Shown here piece by piece: positions 10,770 to 21,500 of a stretch of 64,000 nucleotides of DNA (position 1 is the stretch's first letter; every line of letters starts with the position of its first letter). The stretch is from an uncultured Chloroflexia bacterium. GTDB taxonomy: Bacteria > Chloroflexota > Limnocylindria > Limnocylindrales > CSP1-4. The position numbers were made by a program, and so were the translations under genes. Under the pieces are notes generated by a model. It was not told the origin of the DNA and searched no databases. It worked only from the letters and a program-made list of their open reading frames with translations. The stretch is taken from positions 86,838 to 150,837 of the forward strand of contig CAVQYU010000004.1 in the NCBI GenBank assembly GCA_963718285.1, read 5' to 3'.

Positions 10770-11683
10770 TCTCGGCGCGCTCTCGCGGTACGCTCGGCTG
10801 CCCCGGTCGAACGGCGGCCGCCAGCAGAGGTGGTCGATCTCGTTCCTGCGCAGGCTCCTGGGCTTGGACCGCTCCGAGCGCGACCGCCTTCCGCCGGTCG
10901 AGCCCGAACCGGTCGTGCCCGAGGTGGCGAGCCCGTTGCCCGCGCCCGTACCCGTCAGCGTTGCCTGCCCGAACTGCGGGGTGATCCTCGATCCGCCGCC
11001 GACCAGCAGCCGGCTCTGCCCGCGCTGCCGGCGCCGGATCGTCGTCCGCCATTCCGACGGGCCGGGCGATCTACCTGACCGAGGCCGCCGTCGAGGTCTT
11101 CGAGGCCGAGCGCCAGCGCGAGATCGACGAGCAGACCTGGACGCGCCAGCGGCGGACCTGGCTGCAGCTGGCCCGGCTCGTTGGCAGCGCCGGCCGATCG
11201 CCGCCAGAGCCTGGCCGCGGCTCCCCTCAGCGTGCCGCCGTCGAGGCCTCGGCCCAGGCCCTCTACCTGAGCGCCGCCGAGCGGGCCGCTCGGGCGGCCC
11301 GGCGGGAGAAGCGCTGGGAGGACGTCGCCCGCATCCGCCAACGCCAGGCCGCGGCCCTGTACGAAGACGCCGGATCCCCGCTGCCGCCGCCGGACCACGT
11401 CCTGGCCCTCTATCGCGAGGGTGTGACCGCCACGCTGCGCGGGCTGGCCAACCTGGCTCGCGAAGTGGAGCTCGTCGGGGCGAGCTGTTGCGCGGCCTGC
11501 CGGGCGGACAACGAGCGGATCTTCAGGATCGCCGCCGAGCTCAAGGTCGCCCGCCTGCCCCATCCGGACTGTCCCCGCGGCCTGTGCGCCTGCGACTGGT
11601 GGCCGGCCGTGCGCAAGCCGCCGCCACGGAAGCGCAGACCGCCCGGCGCGCGCCGGTTGACGCCGTCGCGGCGGCCCGTCTAG
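10753..11683 (+). CDS. Hypothetical protein, paralog B of 9289-10769 (same zinc-ribbon plus Cys-cluster architecture); 1 apparent frameshift
   Basis: CPNCGVILDPPPTSSRLCPRCRRRIVVRHSDGRAIYLTEAAVEVFEAERQRE ... ALYLSAAERAARAARREKRWEDVARIRQRQAAALY...LYREGVTATLRGLANLAREVELVGASCCAACRADNERIFRIAAELKVARLPHPDCPRGLCACDWW. Collinear with paralog A. Confidence 0.5.
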
Positions 11684-11712
11684 ACTCGCCGCCACATCAC
11701 GAATAACGGGCG

Positions 11713-11790
11713 ATGATCGGGACGAGTACCCGTCGCGCGTCGGCACAGAGACCCGGTGGCTGGTGGAAACCGGGGCGACGGCGGTGGTGA
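11713..11790 (+). promoter_or_regulatory. Candidate trp operon leader peptide (25 aa) with tandem Trp codons
   Basis: atg atc ggg acg agt acc cgt cgc gcg tcg gca cag aga ccc ggt ggc TGG TGG aaa ccg ggg cga cgg cgg TGG tga = MIGTSTRRASAQRPGGWWKPGRRRW*. Lies between paralog B and trpE. Confidence 0.5.
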
Positions 11791-12027
11791 ATGGACCCGG
11801 GAGCCTCCGGACCGAACGGCGAGCTCGACGGGCTCACCCAGTAGGCTCCGGCGCAGAGCGCCAGCGATAGAGGGCAGCGCCGATCGAACCCAGAGGTGGC
11901 CAGGCCACCCGGCTCCGTCGGTCAGAGTGCGGCAGATTGCCGAAGGCGGGTGGTACCGCGGAAGGTTCGACCTTTCGTCCCTGGGACGAGAGGTCGTATT
12001 GATTCCCGAGGAGGCTTCGCCGCCACG

Positions 12028-13627
12028 ATGAGCATCACGGATCCGCTCAGCCTGACCGAGGCGAAGCGCCTCGCGGGGGGCGCCGACACCGTGCTCCTGC
12101 GGGCGACGCGGGACGCCGACCTGGAGACGCCGATCGGCGCGTTCCTGCGCCTCGACGATGGCGGCCCGGCCTACCTGCTCGAATCGGTCGAGGGAGGCGA
12201 GCGGCTCGGTCGCTACAGCTTCCTGGGCATCGGCCCGCGCCGTCTGCTCGAGGTCCGCGGCGACCGGGCGACGATCCAGGCACGGCCCTTGAGCGTCGAT
12301 CGGTTCGAGCCGGACCTGCCGGTCGACGACGCTCGAGTCGATCGACCCGCTCAGCACGCTGCGGGCGTTCCTGCCCCGCCGGCGGGTCCTGCCCCTCGAG
12401 GGCATGCCCCGGTTCACCGGGGGTGCCGTGGGGGCCCTGGCCTATGACGCCGTCAGCGCGTTCGAGCCGAGCGTGCCCCAGCCGGCCGGCGATCCGGTCG
12501 GCGTGCCCCACGCCGCGTTCATCGAGTCGGACCTGGTCATCGTCTTCGACCACCTGACCCACACGATCAGCGCGATCGCCTCGCTGCACACCGAGGTGCC
12601 CGACCTGGACGGCCGCTACCGGATCGCCGAACGGGCGATCTTCGAGGCGCTCGACCGGACATCCGGCCGTCGGCCTCCGAGATGGCCGGGACGGCGGCGG
12701 GGCCGGCTGGCCGGACCGCGGCTGCCGAGCGGTGGGCCCGCCGGGTCGCGACCTCGATCGAGGCAACGGCGACGAGCCTCGGGCGGGACCAGTACATCCA
12801 CGCCGTCGAGGTGGCCAAGGACGCGATCGCGGCCGGCGAGGCGATCCAGGTCGTGCTGGCCCGGCGCCAGTCGTTCGAGCTGCCACCCGGCGCCGACGGG
12901 CGACCGGTCGACGGCATCGGCCTGTATCGCGCCCTGCGCCGGGTGAACCCCAGCCCGTACCTGTTCTTCATCCGGACGCCGGCCTTCGAGGTCGTCGGCG
13001 CGAGTCCCGAGCTGCTCCTCCAGGTCGAGGGCGACCGCGCTGACCACCCATCCGATCGCAGGCACCCGACCACGGGGCGCGACGGCTGCGGAGGACGACC
13101 TGCGCAGCGAGGAGCTCCAGCGCGACCCGAAGGAGAAGGCCGAGCACGTGATGCTGGTCGACCTCGGCCGGAACGACCTGGGCCGGGTCGCCCGGGCGGG
13201 CACGGTCCGGGTGACCAAGTACATGGAGGTCGAGCGCTACAGCCACGTCCTGCACCTGGTCAGCCACGTCGAGGCCCGCCTCCGGCCGGACCTGGACGCG
13301 CTCGACGCGCTGCGCTCGGTCTTCCCGGCCGGAACCCTGTCCGGGGCGCCCAAGGTCCGGGCGATGCAGCTGATCGCCGCCGCGGAGAACGAGCGCCGGG
13401 GACTGTACGGCGGAGCGGTCGGCTACCTCGGCTACGACGGCAACCTCGACACCGCGATCACGATCCGGAGCGCCGTCCTGCGCGACGGGATCGCCCACGT
13501 CCATACCGGAGCGGGGATCGTCGCCGGCTCGGTGCCCGAGCGCGAGTTCGAGGAGACCGAGCACAAGGCGGCCGCCCTGCGCCGGGCGATCGAGCTGGCC
13601 GGTGGCGGGCCGGAGCGGCTGCGATGA
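12028..13627 (+). CDS. trpE: Anthranilate synthase component I; multiple apparent frameshifts
   Basis: [69 protein letters not shown]...; later frames ...[16 protein letters not shown]..., ...[26 protein letters not shown]..., ...[45 protein letters not shown]...[15 protein letters not shown]... Confidence 0.85.
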
Positions 13628-14317
13628 TCCTGGTCGTCGACAACTACGACTCGTTCACGTTCAACCTGGTCCAGGCCCTGGAGGCCGCCGGCGCCGAGGT
13701 TCGGGTCGTCCGCAACGACGCCATCGATCGGGCCGGGATCGAGGCCCTGGCGGCCGATCCGGCCAGCGACCTGCGCGGGATCGTGATCTCGCCCGGGCCG
13801 GGCGACCCGTCGGCCGCCGGCGTCTCGGTCGAAGCCATCCAGGTCGCGGCCGCGCACGCGATCCCGCTGCTCGGCGTCTGCCTCGGGATGCAGTCGATGG
13901 CGGTCGCCTACGGTGGCACGATCGTGCGCGCGCCGACCCTCGTCCACGGCGAGGCGTCCGAGGTGAGCCACGACGGGCCGGGCCTGCTCCGGGCTGCCGC
14001 CCTCGTTCATGGCCGCCCGCTACCACTCCCTGGCCGTGGATCCGGGGGCGATCCCGGCCGAGCTCCTGGTCACCGCGATCTGCGAGGAGGACGGCGTGGT
14101 CATGGGCCTCCGCCATGTGACCCTGCCCCTCGAAGGCGTCCAGTTCCATCCCGAGTCGGTCCTGACGCCCGAGGGGCCGCACCTCCTGGCCAACTTCCTG
14201 CGCCGGGCGGGCGAGGGCGAGGCCAGCCGGCTCGACGCGGTCAGCGGCAGCTTCGCGACCGGCGGCATGGCCGAGCCGCTCGACCGGGACGGCGGTCCGA
14301 TCGGGTCGAGCCGATGA
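13624..14317 (+). CDS. trpG: Anthranilate synthase component II (glutamine amidotransferase); apparent frameshift
   Basis: [35 protein letters not shown]...[10 protein letters not shown]...[24 protein letters not shown]...; C-terminal part ...[61 protein letters not shown] in another frame. ATGA overlap with the trpE stop. Confidence 0.8.
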
Positions 14318-15352
14318 GCGAGCTCGTCCGGGCGGCCCTGGCCACCGTGGTCGAGGGCGGCACCCTGTCGATCGACGAAGCCCGCGACGGCGATGGGCGC
14401 GGTGATGGATGGCGAGGCGACCCCGGCCCAGCTGGCGGCGCTGCTGGTGGCCCTCCGGATGCGCGGCGAGACGATCGACGAGCTGGCCGGGTTCGCCCTG
14501 GCGATGCGCGCCCGAGTCCTGCGGGTCGACGCCCCGGCCGGCGCGATCGACGTGGTCGGCACCGGGCGGTGACCGGAGTGGCACGTTCAACATCTCGACG
14601 ACGGCGGCCCTCGTCGTGGCCGCGGCCGGGGTGCCCGTCGCCAAGCACGGCAATCGGGCGATCACCTCGCGCTCGGGCTCGGCCGACGTCCTCGAGGCGC
14701 TCGGCGTGCGGACCGATCACGACGAGGTCTCGGCCGCCGCGTCGCTGCGGGCCGGGGGCTTCGCCTTCCTGTTCGCGCCCAGCTTCCACCCGGCCATGAA
14801 GTTCGCCGGGCCGACCCGGCGCGAGATTGGCGTCCGGACGGCGTTCAACCTGATCGGACCGCTGACCAACCCGGCCGGCGTGACCCGGCTGATGGTGGGC
14901 GTCGGTGACGAGGCGGCCGCGCCCCGGATCGCCGAGGTGCTTCGCCTGCTGGGCCAGGAACGGGCGATCGTCGTCCACGGCGCGGGGGTCGATGAGCTGC
15001 CCCTCGACGGGTCCGGCCTGATCCACGATGTGACGCCCGAGCGGGGTGGAGCTCCTGTCGATCGACGCGGAGCTGGTCCGCAGCCTGGGGCTGCGAGCCG
15101 GCCCCGACCGGGGCGTTGGCCGGAGGCAGCCCGGCCGAGAACGCGGCCCTCGTCGAAGGCGTCCTGGCCGGCGATCCCGGGCCGCGCCGGGACGTGGTCC
15201 TGCTCAATGCCGCCGCCGCGTTCGTGGCCGCCGGCCGCGCGCCGGACCTGTCCGCGGGCGTCCGGCTGGCTGCCGCGCACGATCGACGACGGCGCCGCCT
15301 CGGGTCCTGCTCGCCCACCTCCGGGCAGCAGCGCGCGGCGGCGTCGGCATGA
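14314..15352 (+). CDS. trpD: Anthranilate phosphoribosyltransferase; apparent frameshifts; end approximate
   Basis: [24 protein letters not shown]...[29 protein letters not shown]...[54 protein letters not shown]...[16 protein letters not shown]..., read in 3 frames. Confidence 0.8.
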
Positions 15353-15376
15353 CCCTGGCGCCAGCCCCGCCGAGCG

Positions 15377-16180
15377 GTGGTGGACGAGATCGCGGCCCGC
15401 CGGGCGGCCGACCTGGCCGTCGAGCTCGAGGGCGTGAGCCTGGCCCAGCTCGAGCGGGCCGCGGCCGCTGCCCCGCCGGCACGACCGGTGGTGGACCGGC
15501 TGGCCGCCCCGGGCCTGGCCCTCATCGCCGAGGTCAAGCGTGCCTCGCCCTCGGCCGGCCAGATCGTGCCGGCCGGCGATGATCCCGTCGCCCGGGCGCG
15601 GGCCTACGCGGCCGGCGGCGCGGCCGTGATCTCGGTCCTGTGCGAGCCGCACTGGTTCGGCGGCTCGGTCGACGACCTGCGCGCGGTCCGGGCCGCGGTC
15701 AGCGTGCCGGTCCTGGCCAAGGAGTTCGTGGTCGACCGACGGCAGCTGCCGCTCCTGCGGGCCGCCGGCGCCGACGTCGTCCTGCTCCTCGCCAGCCTCC
15801 ATCCCGCGCGCCCGCCTCGGGCGCCTGGTCGAGGCCGCCCTGGGCCTCGGCCTGGAGCCGCTCGTCGAGGCGCACGATCGAGCGCGAGCTGGAGCGGGCG
15901 CTCGCGACGCGGCGCTCGCCTGATCGGCCTGAACAACCGCGACCTGCGGACGCTGGCGGTCGACCCCGAGCGGGCGGTCCGCCTGCGCGAGCTGGTGCCC
16001 GACGACCGCCTGGTCGTGGCCGAATCGGGCGTGCGCGAGCCGGCGACGGTCGCCGGCTGGCGGGCCCTCGGCTTCGACGCCGCGCTGGTCGGCGAGGCGC
16101 TCATGCGGGCGGCCGATCCAGCCGCGGCGGCTGCGCGCGTTCGTGGCCGCCGGCCGCCTGCCCGAGGATCGTCGCTGCCG
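15377..16180 (+). CDS. trpC: Indole-3-glycerol phosphate synthase; apparent frameshifts; end approximate
   Basis: ...PGLALIAEVKRASPSAGQIVPAGDDPVARARAYAAGGAAVISVLCEPHWFGGSVDDLRAVRAAVSVPVLAKEFVVDRRQL...; later ...LIGLNNRDLRTLAVDPERAVRLRELVPDDRLVVAESGVREPATVAGWRALGFDAALVGEALMRA. Confidence 0.75.
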
Positions 16181-16895
16181 AGGACCGGACGCCGTTCGTG
16201 AAGATCTGCGGGGTCACCGACGCGCCGGGGCATGCAGGCGGCCCTGCGCGGCCGGGCGGACGCGGTCGGCCTGAACCTGGTCCCCGGCACGCCCCGGGCC
16301 CTCGACCTCGAGGAGGCGGTTGCCCTGGCCCGGCTCGCTCGGAGCACCGCTCAGCCGGGCGGCGGCCCGCGCATCGTGGCGATCACCGCCGACGCCGATC
16401 TGGCCCGGCTGGACGCGATCATCGCAGCCCTCGATCCGGACGTGGTCCAGCTCTCCGGCGATGAGCCCGCTGGCCTCGTCGCCCGGCTCGGACGGCCCGT
16501 CTGGAAGGCGATCCGGCTGCCGGCCGAGGTCAGGCCCGAGGAGGTCGACCGCCAGGCGGCCCGGGCCATCCGGGCCGGGCGGGCTTACCTTGACGCTGGC
16601 GTCGAGCGGATCCTGCTCGACACGGCCGGCGGACCGCATCCGGGCGGCACCGGGACGCGCTCCTCGGCAGGCCTGGCGGCGGCGGTCGCCCGCGCGCTGC
16701 CGGTGATCCTGGCCGGCGGGCTCAGCCCGGCGAACGTGGGCGAGGCGGTGCTGGCGATTCCGGCGGTCGGGCGTGGACGTCGCCTCGGGGGTCGAGGCGC
16801 CCCGGGTCGCGGGCGAGCGGCCGCGCAAGGATCCGCTCCGGGTGGCGCTGTTCGCCAAGCGCGCCCGGGCGGCGCGCTGGGACCGGCCCAACCTC
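16180..16895 (+). CDS. trpF: Phosphoribosylanthranilate isomerase; apparent frameshifts; boundaries approximate
   Basis: ...PFVKICGVTD..., MQAALRGRADAVGLNLVPGTPRALDLEEAVALARLAR...PRIVAITADADLARLDAIIAALDPDVVQLSGDEPAGLVARLGRPVWKAIRL...ILLDTAGGPHPGGTGT...LPVILAGGLSPANVGEAVLAIP...GVDVASGVE. Confidence 0.7.
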
Positions 16896-18212
16896 GCGGC
16901 CCGGCCGACGCCGGTCTTCGCCGGCCTGCTCGAGGCGGACGAGGCCGGCCGCTGGGGCTGCAACCGCGAGTTCGGCGGCCGCTACGTGCCCGAGACGCTG
17001 ATGGCGGCCCTCGAGGGACTCGAGCGGGCCTACTTCGGCCCTGCGTCACGATCCGCGCTTCTGGGCCGAGTTCCGGGCGCTCCTGGCGACCTACTCCGGT
17101 CGGCCCACCCCGCTCTACCGGGCCGATCGCCTGGCGGCCGCCGCGTTGGCCGAGGCCAGCCGGCAGGTCGGCGCCGATGGGCCCGCGCCCGGTCGGATCC
17201 CGGCGATCCTGCGCCTCTACCTCAAGCGCGAGGACCTCGGCCACACCGGGGCCCACAAGATCAACAACGCCCTGGGCCAGGCGCTGCTCACCCGGCGGCT
17301 GGGCAAGTCGCGGGTGATCGCCGAGACCGGGGCCGGCCAGCACGGCGTCGCCACGGCCACGGCCTGCGCCCTGCTCGACCTGCCCTGCGTCGTGTTCATG
17401 GGCGCCGAGGACATCCGGCGCCAGGAGCCCAACGTGCTGCGGATGCGCGCGCTGGGTGCCGAGGTCCGGCCGGTCACCTCCGGCTCGGCCACCCTCAAGG
17501 ACGCGGTCAACGAGGCGATGCGCGACTGGGTCACGAACGTCGAGACGACCCACTATGTCCTGGGCTCGGCGATGGGGCCGCATCCCTATCCGACAATCGT
17601 GCGCGACCTCCAGCGGATCCTGGGCGACGAGGCGGCGGCCCAGTTCCAGGCTGTCGAGGGCCGTCTGCCCGACCTCGTCCTGGCCTGCGTCGGGGGCGGC
17701 TCGAACGCGATCGGCCTGCTCGATCGGTTCATCGGCGAGCCGGCCGTCCGCCTGGCCGTGGCCGAGGCGGCCGGTGACGGGATCGCGACCGGCCGCCATG
17801 CGGCCGCCGCTGGCCGGGGGTACGCCCGGGATCCTCCATGGTTCGCGTTCGCTCATGCTCCAGGACGCCGACGGCCAGGTGATCGAGGCCCATTCGATCT
17901 CGGCCGGCCTCGACTATCCGGGGGTCGGTCCGCAGATCGCGGCGCTCCTGACCGCGCGGCCGGCTCGAGCTGGCCGCGGCGACCGATGCCGAGGCGCTGG
18001 CGGCGCTGCGCCAGGTCGCCCGGCTCGAGGGGATCCTGCCGGCCCTCGAGACCGCCCACGCCTTCGCCGTCCTGCCCCGCCTCATCGCCGGCATCGAGGG
18101 CTCGGGCGCGGCCTATCCCGACGAGACGGCGATCCTGGTCGGCTTGTCGGGGCGGGGCGACAAGGACCTGGCCGCCCTGACCCTCGAGCCTGGCCGCGTC
18201 CGGAGCCCCCGG
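16895..18212 (+). CDS. trpB: Tryptophan synthase beta chain; apparent frameshifts; boundaries approximate
   Basis: ...[24 protein letters not shown]..., [84 protein letters not shown]...[28 protein letters not shown]..., ...[12 protein letters not shown]. Confidence 0.8.
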
Positions 18213-19058
18213 ATGACGACCGGGCTGATCGAGCAGGGCACGAACGGGACCGCCGGCGCCCGACGCATGGCCACCGCGTTCAGGCGGGCGGCCGGGGACG
18301 GCCGGATTGCCCTGATTCCGTACCTCGTGGCCGGCTATCCGGACGCCGAAACGAGCTTCCGGATCGCCCTGGCCGCGGCCGACGCCGGGGCCGACCTGCT
18401 CGAGGTGGGCCTGCCCTATTCCGATCCGCTGGCCGATGGGGCGACCCTCCAGCGGGCGTCGCAGGTGGCTCTGGCGGCCGGCGCGACGCTGGCCGGCTCG
18501 ATCGCCCTGCTCGAGCGCATCGCCGCCGCCCGGCCGGACCTTCCAATCGTGCCGATGGCCTACGCGAACCAGGTGATCGGGGGCGGAGACGGTGCCCGGA
18601 CGGCGGGCCAGCTGGCGACGGCCGGGGCGTCGGGCGTGATCGTGGCCGACCTGACCCCGGACGAAGGCGGCCGCTTCGAGGCGGTTGCCCGGGACGCCGG
18701 CCTGGCCGTCGTCTACCTCGTGGCGCCGACCACCCGGCCGGATCGACGGGCGCGCATCGCGGCCCGCTCGGGAGGCTTCCTGTACTGCGTCTCGCTGGTC
18801 GGGGTGACCGGCGCCCGGACGTCGTTGCCGAGCTCGGTCGGCCGGCTGGTCCGCGAGGTCAAGGCGGCCTCGCCCGTGCCGGTCGCGGTCGGCTTCGGGG
18901 TGAGCCGGCCCAGCCACGTCCGGGCGATCGCGGCCGCCGGAGCCGACGGCGTGATCGTGGCCTCTGCCCTGGTCGACGCCCTGGGCCCCCACGGCCGCGA
19001 TGTTAGGGCATTGTCCGAGCTCGTCCGCGCGCTTCGCGCCGCCACCGGGCGCGGGTAA
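18213..19058 (+). CDS. trpA: Tryptophan synthase alpha chain
   Basis: MTTGLIEQ...[63 protein letters not shown]...[16 protein letters not shown]...[32 protein letters not shown]. Contiguous. Confidence 0.85.
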   Translation: MTTGLIEQGTNGTAGARRMATAFRRAAGDGRIALIPYLVAGYPDAETSFRIALAAADAGADLLEVGLPYSDPLADGATLQRASQVALAAGATLAGSIALLERIAAARPDLPIVPMAYANQVIGGGDGARTAGQLATAGASGVIVADLTPDEGGRFEAVARDAGLAVVYLVAPTTRPDRRARIAARSGGFLYCVSLVGVTGARTSLPSSVGRLVREVKAASPVPVAVGFGVSRPSHVRAIAAAGADGVIVASALVDALGPHGRDVRALSELVRALRAATGRG

Positions 19059-19086
19059 AACGAGGCTGGCTGATCGCCGAGTCGGC

Positions 19087-19386
19087 TCAGTCGCTGGACC
19101 GGTCGTGCTGCTCGAGCGCGCGGGTCGCTGCGATCAGGCGCCGATAGATCGCCAGCAGGTCGGCCTGGGCGAGCGGCCCGAGATTGGCCAGGGCGACCCG
19201 CAGGAGGACCTCGCGCTCGCGTTCGATGTCCCGGACGGCGCGCCGGCCGCTCGACCGCTTGACCCGGCCAACCTGCCGGCCGAGCTCGGCCCGGTCGTTG
19301 AGGAGGCCCACGATCCGGCGATCGAGCGCGTCGATCCGGCGGCGCAGGCGGCGCAGCTCAGGCGTCTCGTCGACCGATTTGGTCAT
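19087..19386 (-). CDS. Chorismate mutase (small AroQ-class, ~99 aa)
   Basis: MTKSVDETPELRRLRRRIDALDRRIVGLLNDRAELGRQVGRVKRSSGRRAVRDIEREREVLLRV.... Last gene of the minus-strand aro operon. Confidence 0.7.
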   Translation of the reverse strand: MTKSVDETPELRRLRRRIDALDRRIVGLLNDRAELGRQVGRVKRSSGRRAVRDIEREREVLLRVALANLGPLAQADLLAIYRRLIAATRALEQHDRSSD

Positions 19387-19829
19387 CCGCCCAGCTCACC
19401 GTCGGCGGCCCGTCGGGCGATCGACTCGAGGGCCGTCGAGTAGCCCTCCGCGCCGTGGCCGACGATCGACTCGAGGGCGATGTCGGCCAGGAAGTTGACC
19501 TGCCGGAATGGCTCCCGGGTGGCCGGGTCCGAGAGGTGGACCTCGATGAACGGCCGCTCGACCGCCAGCAGGGCATCGCGCAGGCTGACGCTGGTATGGG
19601 TCAGGCCGCCGGCGTTGACGATCGCCACGTCGAAGTCCTTGCGCTGGACCCGGTCGATCAGGGCGCCTTCATAGTTCGACTGGAAGAAGTCGATGGCCAG
19701 GCCGAGGTCGCTCGCCTTCGCACTCAACCCGGCGTGGATCTCGGCCAGGGTCGCTCGCCCGTAGATCGCGGGCTCGCGCGTGCCCAGCAGGTTCAGGTTG
19801 GGGCCTTCGAGGACCAGGACGCTGGTCAT
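19383..19829 (-). CDS. aroQ: 3-dehydroquinate dehydratase, type II
   Basis: MTSVLVLEGPNLNLLGTREPAIYGRATLAEIHAGL...AIDFFQSNYEGALIDRVQRKDFDVAIVNAGGLTHTSVSLRDALLAVERPFIEVHLSDPATREPFRQVNFLADIA. Confidence 0.85.
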   Translation of the reverse strand: MTSVLVLEGPNLNLLGTREPAIYGRATLAEIHAGLSAKASDLGLAIDFFQSNYEGALIDRVQRKDFDVAIVNAGGLTHTSVSLRDALLAVERPFIEVHLSDPATREPFRQVNFLADIALESIVGHGAEGYSTALESIARRAADGELGG

Positions 19830-20965
19830 CGTCCGACCGACCCGGCCAGGCTCGGGGCCGGGGCCAGGAGCTCATCCGCGACCCTTGCCACCAGCTCGGG
19901 CGGCACGTCGCTCCGGATCTCGACTCCGCCGGCCGATGGCAGGACCCAGCGCAACTGGCCGTCGGCATGCTTCTTGTCTCCGGCCAGGGCGTCCAGCACG
20001 GCCGACCGGTCCAGGCCAAGGGCGGCCAGGCCGCCCGCCGGGGCCAGGGCCAGGTGGGTCAGGAGGCCTTCGATCCGACTGGCGCGATCGGCTGGTGTGA
20101 CCCCCAGCTCGAGCCCGATCCGGCAGGCCGCCCGCAGTCCGTAGGCCACGGCCTCCCCGTGGAGCAGCCGTTCGCCATAGCCGGCCGCCGCCTCGAAGCC
20201 ATGGCCCAGCGAATGGCCCAGGTTGAGCTTCAGCCGGCCCGCCGCTTCGCGCTCGTCGGCCTGGACGATCTCGATCTTGGCCCAGGCACAGCGTTCGACG
20301 AGCTCGGCCAGGGCCCCATGAGCGATCACCGACGCGTGCGCCCGGATGATCCCCTGGCCATCGCGCTCGAGCAGCTCGAACAGGGCCTCGTCCCCCAGGG
20401 CCGCCATCTTGACCGCCTCGCCCAGGGCGGCCCGTCGGTGTCGTTCCGGCAGGCCGGCCAGGACATCGACGTCGATCAGGATCGCGGCCGGCTGGTGGAA
20501 GGCGCCGAGCAGGTTCTTGCCGCCGGCCAGATCGACCGCCGTCTTGCCCCCAATCGAGCTGTCGAGCTGGGCGACCAGGGTGGTCGGGACGTGGATCAGG
20601 GGCACCCCGCGCAACCAGGTTGCAGCCAGGAAGCCGGCCGCGTCGCCCAGGGCCCCGCCGCCCAGCGCCACCAGCGGCTCGGCCCGCTCGAGGCGGAGCC
20701 TGGCCAGCTCGTCGGCGGCTGCCTCGATCACGCTCAGGCGTTTGGCCGCTTCGCCCGACGGCAGCAGGATCCGCTCGACGGTCAGGCCGGCACCAGCCAG
20801 GCCGGCGGCCAGGTCCTCGCCCACGGCCGCCCAGGCGACTGGCTCCGAGACGATCACCGCTCGGCGCGCCCCGAGCTCGGCCAGGCTGGCTTGGAGGGCT
20901 GTGAGCAGGAAGCCCGTCCCGATCCGGAGCCGGCCCAGGCTCGAAATCCGCCGCCAGCAGGACCG
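19826..20965 (-). CDS. aroB: 3-dehydroquinate synthase; N-terminal region frameshifted; start approximate
   Basis: ...LGRLRIGTGFLLTALQASLAELGARRAVIVSEPVAW..., LVALGGGALGDAAGFLAATWLRGVPLIHVPTTLVAQLDSSIGGKTAVDL...NLLGAFHQPAAILIDVDVLAGLPERHRRAALGEAVKMAAL...LKLNLGHSLGHGFEAAAGY..LLHGEAVAYG. Confidence 0.8.
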   Translation of the reverse strand, partial: RSCWRRISSLGRLRIGTGFLLTALQASLAELGARRAVIVSEPVAWAAVGEDLAAGLAGAGLTVERILLPSGEAAKRLSVIEAAADELARLRLERAEPLVALGGGALGDAAGFLAATWLRGVPLIHVPTTLVAQLDSSIGGKTAVDLAGGKNLLGAFHQPAAILIDVDVLAGLPERHRRAALGEAVKMAALGDEALFELLERDGQGIIRAHASVIAHGALAELVERCAWAKIEIVQADEREAAGRLKLNLGHSLGHGFEAAAGYGERLLHGEAVAYGLRAACRIGLELGVTPADRASRIEGLLTHLALAPAGGLAALGLDRSAVLDALAGDKKHADGQLRWVLPSAGGVEIRSDVPPELVARVADELLAPAPSLAGSVGR

Positions 20966-20969
20966 CGCC

Positions 20970-21491
20970 GGGCGCGGCCGGCTCGACCAGGAATGCGTCG
21001 AGGCGGTCCAGGACCGCCCCGACCTGGGACAGCCCGTTGAGCCGCAGGCCCGGGGCGTAGAAGCGCTCGCGCTTCACGGCCAGATCGCGGATCGCGCCAA
21101 CCGGGTCGCGGCCCTGGAGGAGGGGCCGCGGGTTGGGCGAGTTGCGCAGGCGCTGGGCCAGGACCTCGGGCGGGCTGTTGAGCCAGGCCACCCGGCGGTC
21201 GCGGTAGAGTGCCCACCGATTGGCCGGATCTACGACGGCGCCACCGCCCGTGGCGATGACCCGGCGCAGCTCGGGCGCCGGGTCGGGGCGGCCCAGGCCG
21301 GCCACCGCGATCCGCTCGCGGGCCCGGAAGCCGGTCTCGCCCTCGGCCTCGAACAGCTCGGCGATCGTCATCCCGGCGCTGGCCTCGATCGTTGCGTCGA
21401 GGTCGATGAAGCGAGCGTCGTGGCGGGCGGCCAGCCGCCGTCCGACAGCAGTCTTGCCGCTGCCGGGCAGGCCGACGAGGACGAGATCCAT
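20970..21491 (-). CDS. aroK: Shikimate kinase; 3' end approximate (runs into aroB, possibly fused or frameshifted)
   Basis: MDLVLVGLPGSGKTAVGRRLAARHDARFIDLDATIEASAGMTIAELFEAEGETGFRARERIAVAGLGRPD...RVIATGGGAVVDPANRWALYRDRRVAWLNSPPEVLAQRL. Confidence 0.75.
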
Positions 21492-21500
21492 CAGGCCGGC

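Noticed and set aside
18180-18215. trpB-trpA translational fusion (no stop seen between them in the 18144 frame).
   Set aside because: Given the local indel density, the missing stop is more likely a frame artefact. trpA has its own ATG at 18213.
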